Source: Leidyana gryllorum EB-2025a (Eukaryota > Protista > Apicomplexa). From it: 15,415 bases of DNA. Under the pieces are notes generated by a model that was not told the origin of the DNA, did no database searches, and saw only the letters and a list, made by a program, of their open reading frames with translations. The translations under genes were made by a program, and so were the position numbers. Below, piece after piece: positions 7,285-14,661 of this stretch. Positions within the stretch are counted from its first letter, which is position 1; every line of letters begins with the position of its first letter. Where the stretch lies: the NCBI GenBank assembly GCA_048772705.1, contig JBLWGC010000187.1:1-15415 (forward strand), written 5' to 3'.

Positions 7285-7357
7285 GCAGCCATGGTCTAGT
7301 GCTTACGACGTCTGCTTGACACGCAGAAGTTCCCGAGTTCGATCCTTGGTGGCTGGA
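7285..7357 (+). pseudogene. tRNA-Val with GAC anticodon, degenerate
   Basis: tctgc ttGACac gcaga; D-loop GG->GC, G1:G72 mismatch. Confidence 0.72.
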
Positions 7358-7411
7358 GCTCGCAACTTTCAGCGAGAACGAAAGGAGAGAATCTAAGCGA
7401 AACCAACTGTG

Positions 7412-7483
7412 CTCCGAGACCGGGAATCGAACCCGGATCTTCCGCGTGACAGGCGGAAATACTAACCACTATACTATCTCGGA
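7412..7483 (-). tRNA. trnD: tRNA-Asp(GTC)
   Basis: Fully paired cloverleaf, ctGTCac, G73. Confidence 0.94.
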
Positions 7484-7575
7484 CGCTCCGAACACGCCGG
7501 CCTCCACCCCAAAAGTCCTTCCATTTTGAGATTCCAAGGATAGAAAACGCGTGGAGCGGCGAGCCAAAAACGTCC

Positions 7576-7656
7576 GGTGAAGATGGCCGAGTGGTCTAAG
7601 GCGCTGTGCTCAGACCGGAGTCCGAAAGGGCGTGGGTTCGAATCCCACTTTTGCCA
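7576..7656 (+). pseudogene. tRNA-Leu(CAG), degenerate
   Basis: ctgtg ctCAGac cggag; acceptor and anticodon stem mismatches; boxes intact. Confidence 0.72.
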
Positions 7657-7692
7657 GGTTGCGCCCTAAACCGGAAAAACATAGAGTCTGTT

Positions 7693-7764
7693 TGAGCCCA
7701 GAGTGATTCGAACACCCAACCTTCTGATCTGGAGTCAGACGCGCTACCGTTGCGCCATAGGCCC
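7693..7764 (-). tRNA. trnW: tRNA-Trp(CCA)
   Basis: rc GGGCCTA/TGGGCTC, tctga ctCCAga tcaga, GTGTTCGAATCAC. Confidence 0.92.
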
Positions 7765-7850
7765 AAAACCATCCCCCGCTCCAGACTCATTGCCTTGTGG
7801 TCACCCCCGCTCCAGACTCATTACTTTGTGGTCAGGAATGGAGGTGTCAC

Positions 7851-7921
7851 GCATCTATGGTCTAGTGGTAGAATGTCTCGTTGCCATCGAGACGACCCGG
7901 GTTCGATTCCCGGAAGATGCA
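7851..7921 (+). tRNA. trnG: tRNA-Gly(GCC), 7:66 mismatch
   Basis: ttGCCat, intact A/B boxes; T5 shortly downstream. Confidence 0.85.
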
Positions 7922-7997
7922 GAAGACACATGGTTGTTTTTCCACCATTCCAGAAATTCATGCGTGAGTTGGTGTTTAACCCCCCAACCACATCGCA

Positions 7998-8080
7998 CGA
8001 CAACTGCTGGATTTGAACCAAAGCGGGCCAGGCCCAGTAGATTTCTAGTCTATCCCCCTTAACCACTCGGGCAAGTTGCC
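7998..8080 (-). tRNA. trnS: tRNA-Ser(AGA), 1-nt insertion variant
   Basis: rc ctAGAaa on the same body as Ser(CGA) 4549-4630; T-stem substitutions. Confidence 0.75.
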
Positions 8081-8177
8081 ACCTGTCGGACTTAGTAACA
8101 GATTCCATCCGTATTCCTCGTAGAATGTTGGGGCTTCCTCGGGTCGAGGGCAACTCTGTATCATAGATCCATTCCCT

Positions 8178-8251
8178 TGGTCACGCCCGGGCTCGAACCG
8201 GGGACCTTGAGCTTATTAGGCTCACGCTCTAACCGACTGAGCTACGCGACC
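8178..8251 (-). tRNA. trnI: tRNA-Ile(AAT)
   Basis: Fully paired cloverleaf, ctAATaa. Confidence 0.94.
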
Positions 8252-8457
8252 ACTTCTGCGACGACACTCGGCACCGGTTCGAGAACCTTTTGCCTCTGCT
8301 TGCCGCCCTATTGGATCGATATCCAGAATGTCACCTCGGACCACCCCGGATTCTGAGTCTCACTTCTGAGCTTAAGAGCTTGAAGTGCCACTATTGAAGA
8401 TCTGAGGTTGAGCCTCAGTTCAATCATTCAAGCAGTTGCGCTCTCCCCGAGTGCCAC

Positions 8458-8555
8458 GGACAATGGTGAGATTTGAACTCACGTGGGTGAAACCCAACGG
8501 CTTAGCAAGCCGCCGCCTTAACCGGCCGCCGCCTTAACCACTCGGCCACCTTGTC
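8458..8555 (-). pseudogene. tRNA-Ser(GCT) with ~16-nt internal tandem duplication
   Basis: GCCGCCGCCTTAACC occurs twice within the gene. Confidence 0.82.
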
Positions 8556-8663
8556 GACGACATCTCTTACTCGCTGGCACTTTTTCACAACGGTTTGGGG
8601 TCCTAGTCAAGCTCCCTGAACCGTATGTGAAGCCACTGGTCGCAAAATGCCAAGTTCGACAGC

Positions 8664-8745
8664 GGCAACTTGCCCGAGTGGTTAAGGGGGTAGACTAGAA
8701 ATCTACTGGGCGTGGCCCGCGCTGGTTCAAATCCAGCAGTTGTCG
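8664..8745 (+). tRNA. trnS: tRNA-Ser(AGA)
   Basis: gtaga ctAGAaa tctac; intact. Confidence 0.93.
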
Positions 8746-8809
8746 TGCGATGTGGTGGAAATGATGCAATTCCCAGCATCAAAAACTCATATGGGTCGAG
8801 ACAGGGAAT

Positions 8810-8881
8810 GCCTCCTTAGCTTAGGGGCAGAGCATTTGCTTTGTAAGCGAAAGGTCGCTGGTTCGATTCCGGCAGGAGGCT
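8810..8881 (+). tRNA. trnT: tRNA-Thr(TGT)
   Basis: GCCTCCT/AGGAGGC, tttgc ttTGTaa gcgaa, GGTTCGATTCC. Confidence 0.92.
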
Positions 8882-8922
8882 TCAGTCATTAGCCTAAACA
8901 TGGTTGCGATCCTCTGCCCGCA

Positions 8923-8963
8923 TTTCGGACGGCGGCTTGCACACAGCACTCGGCCATCTTGCC
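8923..8963 (-). pseudogene. tRNA-Leu 5' remnant (CAA-like loop)
   Basis: rc GGCAAGATGGCCGAGTG|CTGTGTGCAAGCCGCCGTCCG; internal deletion and truncation. Confidence 0.7.
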
Positions 8964-9057
8964 GGAGTGTTCTTGGCTCGCCGTTTCACCCATTTCCCGT
9001 CGGTGAAATCTCAAAATGCGAGGACTTCTGGGGTTGGAGGCCGGCGAGTTTACTAGC

Positions 9058-9129
9058 TCCGAGGTAGTATAGTGGTCAGTATTTCCGCCTGTCACGCGGC
9101 ATACCCTGGTTCGATTCCCGGTCTCGGAG
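9058..9129 (+). tRNA. trnD: tRNA-Asp(GTC), several substitutions
   Basis: ctGTCac, GGTTCGATTCC; anticodon and T-stem mismatches. Confidence 0.72.
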
Positions 9130-9184
9130 CACAGATGGCTTCGCTGAAGATTCTCTCCTTTGGTTCTCGCTGAACGTCGCGAGC

Positions 9185-9258
9185 TACAGCCACCGAGGAC
9201 CGAACTCGGGACCTTTTGGGTGTTGAGCAGACGTCGTAACCACTAAACCGTTGACTGC
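9185..9258 (-). pseudogene. tRNA-Val(AAC) pseudogene
   Basis: Val body; U33->C, anticodon stem broken. Confidence 0.75.
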
Positions 9259-9581
9259 ATGAATGGGCCCCGCAGCCCAAGAGGAGTGGCGAAGTTTTAC
9301 GGAGGAGTGAGGACCAGTTCCAAGGTCGCGCCGGAAATCGAACCCAGGTCGGGAGATTCAGAGTTGTTGTGCTCCAGGGTGAGTGCCGACTGTCGAGTTC
9401 GTTCCCCCTTTTTTCCTTTTCTAAAAAGCATCTAAGTTGGACCTAACGCTACCTATGTGCTACGGCTAAGGTCTTGCCTCAAATGTCTTGGCGCGCGCGT
9501 GTACAGCCTTCACCTGCACACGTATGGACAAGACTTACCTTAAGCAGCCAGTCCCGTTGACAATGCCGTGAGAGTCAGGCT

Positions 9582-9654
9582 TGTCCGCGGGGAGACTCGA
9601 ACCACCGACCTTCAGAACATAAGTCCCTAGTCATTACCATTGTGCTATTGGCGC
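9582..9654 (-). promoter_or_regulatory. tRNA-like Pol III type-2 promoter unit A inside the insertion
   Basis: rc A box TAGCACAATGG, B box GGTTCGAGTC at tRNA spacing; stems unpaired. Confidence 0.65.
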
Positions 9655-9797
9655 AGTCGCCGAACATGACGTGGCACTGCAGACCAGTGTGCAGCTTAGA
9701 CGTGCGTGTACGAAGCTGTGGGGCCTTCTGGGGGCTCCCCCACCCGTCCTCCATCCTCGACCTGCCCTCACCCGTCACCTGGGGGTCTTGGCACAGT

Positions 9798-9869
9798 TGT
9801 CCGAGGTGGGATTCGATCCGCCGACCTGCGGGTCCCAAGTCCGAGTAGTTACCACTGCACTACTGGATC
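9798..9869 (-). promoter_or_regulatory. tRNA-like Pol III type-2 promoter unit B inside the insertion
   Basis: rc TAGTGCAGTGG..AGGTCGGCGGATCGAATCC; ends CGGACAA like unit A. Confidence 0.65.
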
Positions 9870-9921
9870 ACAATACTAAGGGCAGCCATGTGCCGGTCGA
9901 GGTGGCTAGCCAAGGGCGGAG

Positions 9922-9994
9922 TGCAGGGCCGTGGATTCGATCCTGCGACCTCCAGGTTGCGAGCACAAGACACTTCCCATTGCACTAACTGATA
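9922..9994 (-). promoter_or_regulatory. tRNA-like Pol III type-2 promoter unit C inside the insertion
   Basis: rc TAGTGCAATGG..AGGTCGCAGGATCGAATCC; begins ~10 bp inside the element end. Confidence 0.62.
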
Positions 9995-10222
9995 CACCAC
10001 AACAAGAGTCTCCAGTGCTAACCACTCACCACGCAACCGCTTCAGCCCATCCCGGAAGAGTCGTAGAACTATCCGGACTAGCCCTTTCTCAAATGAACAC
10101 ACGCAACACGAGTCCCTCTACTGACCGCTGAAATAATTAACTGGCTCCTGTATATAGCGCCCAGCGTAGAGCGTTCTATTTGAGTCGGACAATCATTGAA
10201 GCACGCTCTCCGCGAATGCTAC

Positions 10223-10304
10223 CGACAAGGGTGAGATTTGAACTCACCCGGGTGAAACCCAACGGCTTAGCAGGCCGCCGCCTTAACCACTCGGCCACCT
10301 TGCG
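10223..10304 (-). tRNA. trnS: tRNA-Ser(GCT), G1->C variant
   Basis: rc ctGCTaa, long variable arm, GAGTTCAAATCTC. Confidence 0.8.
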
Positions 10305-10507
10305 GAGAGTGGAAGCGGCTACACATTCCATCGGGAATCCCGTGCGAATTGGTAGTGCCCCTTTTCGATGTCCGTATTTGCCTTTGGAATGACTGCTTGG
10401 CGGGGTGGACGAAGGTCGGAGTGGCCGGTTCAGTACCAATCATAAGGCGTTGCTGAACACATCAGTCGGCTCCTTCGGCTAGTGACTGTTCACCTCAACT
10501 CTGAAGC

Positions 10508-10581
10508 GGTCGCCTATTTCAAGCGGCCATAGGGTGAGCCTAATAAGTTCTGAGTCCCCGGTTGGAGTCCGGGCGTGACCA
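10508..10581 (+). pseudogene. tRNA-Ile(AAT) pseudogene
   Basis: GGTCGCC..TGAGCCTAATAAG..CCGGGCGTGACCA; D arm and T-loop decayed. Confidence 0.75.
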
Positions 10582-10681
10582 AGTGAGTGCATCTCTGATA
10601 CAGCTTCGCCCTGTACCCGAGGAAGGCCCAAGACTCAACGATCAATACGAATGGAATTTGTTACTAAGTCCGAGCTTCGTC

Positions 10682-10747
10682 GCCGCCCCAAGTCCGTCGG
10701 TAGAGCGCAAGACTTTTGATGGGAGACCGCAGGTTCGGGCAGCGCGA
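10682..10747 (+). pseudogene. tRNA-Lys(TTT) pseudogene
   Basis: GCCGCCC..GTCGGTAGAGCGCAAGACTTTT; 3' half decayed. Confidence 0.7.
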
Positions 10748-10814
10748 GAAGTCCGAGTCAAGCTTGTTGAACCGTATGTGAAGCCACTGGCTGCAAAATG
10801 CCAAGCTCGACAGC

Positions 10815-10895
10815 GGCAACTTGCCCGAGTGGTTAAGGGGTAGACTAGAAAGCTACTGGGCCTGGCCCGCGCTGCTTCAAATCCAGCAGTTGTCG
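10815..10895 (+). pseudogene. tRNA-Ser(AGA), degenerate
   Basis: 1-nt deletion, anticodon stem mismatch, G53->C. Confidence 0.78.
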
Positions 10896-10971
10896 TGCGA
10901 TGTGGTTGGAGGGGTAAACACCAACTCACGCATGAATTTCTGGAATGATGGAAAAACAACCATGTGTCCTC

Positions 10972-11042
10972 TGCATCTGCCGGGAATCGAACCCGGGTCG
11001 TCTCGATGGTAACGAGACATTCTACCACTAGACCACAGATGC
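10972..11042 (-). tRNA. trnG: tRNA-Gly(ACC)
   Basis: Otherwise perfect Gly body with loop ttACCat (plus strand GGT at 11008-11010). Confidence 0.88.
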
Positions 11043-11097
11043 GTGACACCTCCATTCCTGACCACAAAGTAATGAGTCTGGAGCGGGGGATGGTTTT

Positions 11098-11168
11098 GGG
11101 CCTATGGCGCAACGTAGCGCGTCTGACTCCAGATCAGAAGGTTGGGTTTTCGAATCACTCTGGGCTCA
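11098..11168 (+). pseudogene. tRNA-Trp(CCA), degenerate
   Basis: D-loop G deleted and G53->T; both lesions shared with 4833-4902. Confidence 0.78.
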
Positions 11169-11204
11169 ATCAGACTATTTGTTTTTCCCGTGTGAGGCGC
11201 AACC

Positions 11205-11284
11205 TGAAAAGAGTGGGATTTGGACCCACGTCCTCTCGGAGTGCGACTTGCATACAGCGCCTTAGACCCCTCAGCCATCTTACC
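11205..11284 (-). pseudogene. tRNA-Leu(CAA) pseudogene
   Basis: Paralog of 4940-5018; T-loop TCCAAAT, U33->G. Confidence 0.78.
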
Positions 11285-11378
11285 AGCTCGGTTTCTGTCC
11301 CGCCACTTCAAGCGTTTCCTGTCTGTTTGAAGCTAGAGAATGGAAAGGCTGGGCTCTAAGGTTGTGGGGTCACGCGCC

Positions 11379-11425
11379 TCCGACATGGTATCAAAGAGTA
11401 GTCCCGCCTGCCACGGGAACGACCT
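11379..11425 (+). pseudogene. tRNA-Asp remnant
   Basis: Paralog of 5107-5146. Confidence 0.5.
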
Positions 11426-11495
11426 GTGGGCACCAGCTGTGGGAGCGGAGCCACTTCAAATGTCAGGCTATCGGGTTTTGTGTCCTTGCATTCCT

Positions 11496-11568
11496 GCCGC
11501 CCTAGCTCAGTCGGTAGAGCGCAAGACTTTTAATCTTGCAGTTGCGGGTTCGAGCCCCGCGGGCGGTG
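11496..11568 (+). tRNA. trnK: tRNA-Lys(TTT)
   Basis: caaga ctTTTaa tcttg; same body and upstream flank as Lys(CTT) 14662-14734. Confidence 0.92.
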
Positions 11569-11628
11569 CAAATCAAAGTCTCTGGGAGTAGGAATGGAAC
11601 CGTTGCCTACAAGCACACTCTGCTGGAT

Positions 11629-11701
11629 TTCCACTGCCGGGACTTGAACCCGGATCGCGCGGGTGAAAACCGCATATCCTAGCCACTTAGACTACAGTGG
11701 A
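11629..11701 (-). tRNA. trnE: tRNA-Glu(TTC)
   Basis: rc ttTTCac loop; intact body. Confidence 0.9.
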
Positions 11702-11782
11702 CAACTTCCTCAGCTGCAGCTTTGGACGAAAGCTGTACCATCTTGAGATGAGATGGAGCGTCGGGTCAACCGACAAGCAACG

Positions 11783-11854
11783 GGGCTGTTATCGGAATCG
11801 AACCCAGGACTTCTTCCACCCGAAGGAAAAATCATACCACTACACCAAACAGCC
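11783..11854 (-). pseudogene. tRNA-Pro(CGG), T-stem disrupted
   Basis: rc ttCGGgt; T stem CTGGG/CCGAT. Confidence 0.75.
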
Positions 11855-11954
11855 GCCTGTCGGTCGTGCAACCCGCTGAGGACAGTTGAGATAGTGGTCA
11901 CCACATACGGCCGCGGTAAGTGCTTATTTTCACCGCATGTCCTGACTACCTACC

Positions 11955-12027
11955 GCCTCGGTAGCTCAGTTGGGAGAGCGCCAGACTGAAGATCTGGAAG
12001 TCCCGTGTTCGATCCACGGCCGAGGCA
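11955..12027 (+). tRNA. trnF: tRNA-Phe(GAA)
   Basis: Identical to 7102-7174. Confidence 0.95.
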
Positions 12028-12109
12028 GAGAGGCTGTGACATTTGGTGTCATCCCTCGCACCCGTGCGAGCGTTTTGCCCCTCAGCTAACCAGGCAAGCC
12101 CTGTCTCGA

Positions 12110-12189
12110 TCACATGAGGGTCTGGCTGAGGCCGGCTGGGATATGCGGCTCTCACTCGCACGGTCCGGGTTCAAGTCCCGGCAGTGGAA
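12110..12189 (+). pseudogene. tRNA-Glu(CTC) pseudogene, 5' end corrupted
   Basis: GGATATGCGG ctCTCac..GGTTCAAGTCCCGGCAGTGGAA. Confidence 0.78.
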
Positions 12190-12265
12190 GTCCTCGGACT
12201 ATCCGATCACAGTCCTTCAGTAAGCTCCCTCAATGAGAACAGATGCGTAATTTCTTGCTTGGACT

Positions 12266-12317
12266 GCCGTCTTAAGTTAGGGGCAGAGCGTCGCCGGCTC
12301 GATTCCGACAGAAGGCT
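12266..12317 (+). pseudogene. tRNA-Thr lacking the anticodon arm
   Basis: TTAGGGGCAGAGC joined directly to GTCGCCGG..AGAAGGCT; downstream flank matches Thr at 8881. Confidence 0.75.
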
Positions 12318-12461
12318 TCAGTCATAGCCTAAACATGGTTGCGATCCTCCGCCCGCATTGTGGATGGTCGTGGCATCGGATCTTTTGCGGTTCATTTCTA
12401 TCCCACCGCAAGCTTGGGCGTTATTTCCCCCACGTACCTCAGCTTACTCCCCCCGCCGACC

Positions 12462-12534
12462 GGCACCATAGCCTGATGGATATGGTATCCTTTTAGCGAA
12501 GTGGGGGTGCTGTGCTCGAGTTCCAGTGACGCCT
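12462..12534 (+). pseudogene. Decayed tRNA-Arg(ACG)-derived sequence
   Basis: GCCTGATGGATATGGTATC..TCGAGTTCCAGTGACGCC aligns to the Arg(ACG) body. Confidence 0.55.
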
Positions 12535-12577
12535 GCTCCAGTCCGGCGGTCCGGGGCAGAAGGCGATGCTGGAGTAA

Positions 12578-12658
12578 TCCACTACGATCGCCTTGACCTA
12601 CTCGAACTTGGAGCGTGTGGGTGAGAGCCGCATACCTGGCCACTTAGACTGTAGTGGA
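12578..12658 (-). pseudogene. tRNA-Glu(CTC) pseudogene
   Basis: GGGTGAGAGCCGCATA..CCACTTAGACTGTAGTGGA; 3' half corrupted. Confidence 0.72.
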
Positions 12659-12779
12659 CAAGATCCGGGAAGTGGAGCCTCGGTGGAGAGCTGTACCGTC
12701 TTAAAAAAGGTGGAGTGTCGGGTCGATCGAGAGCAAAACGGGCTGGTTCTGGGAATCGAACTCAGCGCAGCCTGTCCAT

Positions 12780-12851
12780 GGTGCGGTGGCCTAATGGATG
12801 GGGCATCTGGCCGCGGAACGGGAGTTGTGGGTTCGAGTCCCATCCGCATCA
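12780..12851 (+). pseudogene. tRNA-Arg (TCG family) pseudogene, anticodon arm mutated
   Basis: GGTGCGG..GGTTCGAGTCCCATCCGCATCA; arm reads tctggccGCGgaacgg. Confidence 0.75.
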
Positions 12852-12994
12852 TAGATTCTGACATCTCACTCGCGGACATGATGAAGGAAGCGGAAACGCT
12901 GGCTGTTGAACTTTTTCACAACGGTTTGGGGGAGGTTCTGAGATCGAAGACTTCTTTCACCCCACGAGTACCGAGATGACCGAAGCCTCTCCAT

Positions 12995-13067
12995 GGTGCG
13001 GTGGCCTACTGGATAGGGCATCGGTCTTCGGAACCGGGAGTTGTGGGTCCGAGGCCCATCCGGATCA
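12995..13067 (+). pseudogene. tRNA-Arg(TCG), B box mutated
   Basis: tcggt ctTCGga accgg; T-loop TCCGAGG. Confidence 0.78.
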
Positions 13068-13156
13068 TAGCCTCTCACTCGGAAGACGTTCCGTTTCGAC
13101 CGAGGCAAGCTTGCTAGCTGTATGAGAGCCGCTGCCCCGCATGTCGAGTTGAAGTG

Positions 13157-13214
13157 CTAGTGGTATCAGTTTCCTTCGTCTGTGGAAGTGCTCGATTCGA
13201 TCCCCGAACAGTCC
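13157..13214 (+). pseudogene. tRNA-Pro remnant
   Basis: CTAGTGGTAT..TTCCTTCG..GTGGAAG..TTCGATCCCCGAACAGTCC. Confidence 0.55.
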
Positions 13215-13287
13215 GTTTTTGAGTAGGTTGCAGACCGGAAGCAGAAATTGCCCGAGTCTCTCGGGGTGCTGCAGATCTTTCGCAATT

Positions 13288-13358
13288 GCACTTGTGGTCT
13301 AAGGGTAAGATGCGACCCTTCCAAGGTCGTAACCTGGGTTCGAGTCCCGGCAGGTGCA
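13288..13358 (+). tRNA. trnG: tRNA-Gly(TCC)
   Basis: GCACTTG/CAGGTGC, cgacc ctTCCaa ggtcg, GGTTCGAGTCC; body distinct from Gly(GCC). Confidence 0.92.
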
Positions 13359-13425
13359 GCCGTATGTAGCTCGACCGACCTGTCTATCGGTGAAGAGAGG
13401 GGACGACTCAATACAATACAACGGT

Positions 13426-13505
13426 TGACAAGAGTGGGATTCGAACCCACGCCCTTTCGGACTGCGGCCTTAACACAGCGCCTTAGACCACTCGGCCATC
13501 TTGCC
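13426..13505 (-). tRNA. trnL: tRNA-Leu(AAG)
   Basis: rc GGCAAGA/TCTTGTC, ctgtg ttAAGgc cgcag, variable arm, GGTTCGAATCC. Confidence 0.94.
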
Positions 13506-13890
13506 GGAGCGCCCTTGGCTCGCCACTTTACACGCTTTCTGTCTGTGAAGTTTCGAGAAGGGAGGACTTTTGGGGTTGAAGGCCGGAGTATGGAATGGAA
13601 CAGGAGCCTCAGACGAATTACGTTGTAAGAAGTCCACTCCTCAACTCCCGGTGGGACGGCATTTACCCGTCGAATATCTGATGCCACCACTACAATCAGA
13701 TGCGTTGCCATCTAAGCAACTCAGGCCGTGAGAGTACTTCGGGGCGGTACACCGCAGGTCGTGCAATCTTACCGGAACTCGAGTCTGGCACCTTCGACCA
13801 CCCCGAAATCCGTGCCGTTCTTCTGAGCTTGAGAGCGCCACTGTTGAGGGTCTGAGGTTGAGCCTTTCGAACCCCGCACCAGTTGGACGG

Positions 13891-13970
13891 CCGGGGGTAG
13901 CTCAGTTGGTGGAGCATCTGACTGTAGTGCTGGCATCAGATAGTCGGCGGTCCGATTCCGTCGCACCGGA
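13891..13970 (+). tRNA. trnY: tRNA-Tyr(GTA) with 7-nt intron (13928-13934), degenerate copy
   Basis: tctga ctGTAg [tgctggc] a tcaga; T-loop TCCGATT and two acceptor mismatches. Confidence 0.75.
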
Positions 13971-14064
13971 AGTAGAGGGGTGATCGGCAAACTACTACTC
14001 AACCTGATGGACAGCGTTGATAGGCCAACTAGACTACTCCGGCGAGGGTTCCATCTATCTAGTT

Positions 14065-14136
14065 CGGATGAGCTGAGAATCGATCCCAGAACCTTTCGTA
14101 CACTAAGCACCGTTTCATCATCTGGGCTAGCCTCCC
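14065..14136 (-). pseudogene. Decayed tRNA-Ala-derived sequence
   Basis: rc GGGAGGCTAGCCCAGATG..CTGGGATCGATT..CATCC. Confidence 0.55.
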
Positions 14137-14225
14137 TCTGTGCCTACCTCATGGCATTGAGTGATACTTCACATAGTGAGACGAGTCTCTCGACTGTACC
14201 CAGCGGGTTGAACCACCAGCTAGGC

Positions 14226-14297
14226 GGCGGTTTGGTCTAGAGGTATGATTCTTCCTTCGGGTGGAAGAAGTCCTGGGTTCGATTCCCAGAACAGCCC
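14226..14297 (+). tRNA. trnP: tRNA-Pro(CGG), one acceptor mismatch
   Basis: cttcc ttCGGgt ggaag, GGTTCGATTCC. Confidence 0.85.
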
Positions 14298-14355
14298 GTC
14301 TGATAGTTGTTGACGCAACACGGCACTCAACAGGCTGCAACCCGGCCATTCGCCC

Positions 14356-14428
14356 AGACGCCACTGGGCCTCGAACCCAGAATCCCCGGTTCCGTAGACC
14401 GATGCCATATCCATTAGGCCCTAGCGCC
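14356..14428 (-). tRNA. trnR: tRNA-Arg(ACG), U8->G variant
   Basis: rc tcggt ctACGga accgg; T-loop TTCGAGG. Confidence 0.78.
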
Positions 14429-14549
14429 GACTAGCGGAGCCGTCAAATGGAAGTGTGTAGCGATCAAGACAGGACATGGGCAGCGACGCCCGATGGTGGG
14501 TCTGGACAGACTTCACCCACATCTCCCATTCAAAACATCGGGGACATAC

Positions 14550-14596
14550 TATCCAAGCCAGGATTCGGGCCTGGGTATGCACGGCCACAACTTGCT
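14550..14596 (-). pseudogene. tRNA-His(GTG) 3' remnant
   Basis: Paralog of 292-363 with the 5' half deleted. Confidence 0.55.
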
Positions 14597-14661
14597 GAGG
14601 CTGGTGGGTACCAAAGCCACTTTAGTTGTCAGGCTATCGGGTTTTGTGTCGTTGCTTTCTT

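Larger units (their letters stand above)
9365..10004. mobile_element. Solo-LTR-like insertion (TG...CA ends, 5-bp TSD) carrying three tRNA-like units
   Basis: Ends TGTTGTG / CACAACA (7-bp inverted repeat); AGAGT at 9360-9364 and 10005-10009; absent from the paralogous locus at 4133-4202. Confidence 0.85.
9323..10038 (-). pseudogene. tRNA-Gln(CTG) split by a 640-bp insertion (5' half 10005-10038, 3' half 9323-9364)
   Basis: Removing 9365-10004 plus one AGAGT copy restores GGTTGCG..ggaga ctCTGaa tctcc..GGTTCGATT..CGCGACC. Confidence 0.9.

Noticed and set aside
7773-7835. Local ~31-bp tandem duplication (CCCCCGCTCCAGACTCATT..TTGTGGTCA)
   Set aside because: It looks like a simple slippage or recombination duplication in a spacer, with no evidence of function.
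9365-10004. Insertion as a self-splicing or canonical tRNA intron
   Set aside because: A 5-bp target duplication and TG...CA inverted ends indicate integrase-type insertion; the site is not 37/38 and no group I/II core is recognisable.
9575-10102. ORFs inside the insertion as gag/pol or transposase
   Set aside because: No RT, integrase or DDE motifs are visible, and the element is too short to be autonomous.
12780-12851. Functional Arg(GCG) tRNA
   Set aside because: The anticodon stem is disrupted and U33 is lost, so it is treated as a decayed Arg(TCG) paralog.
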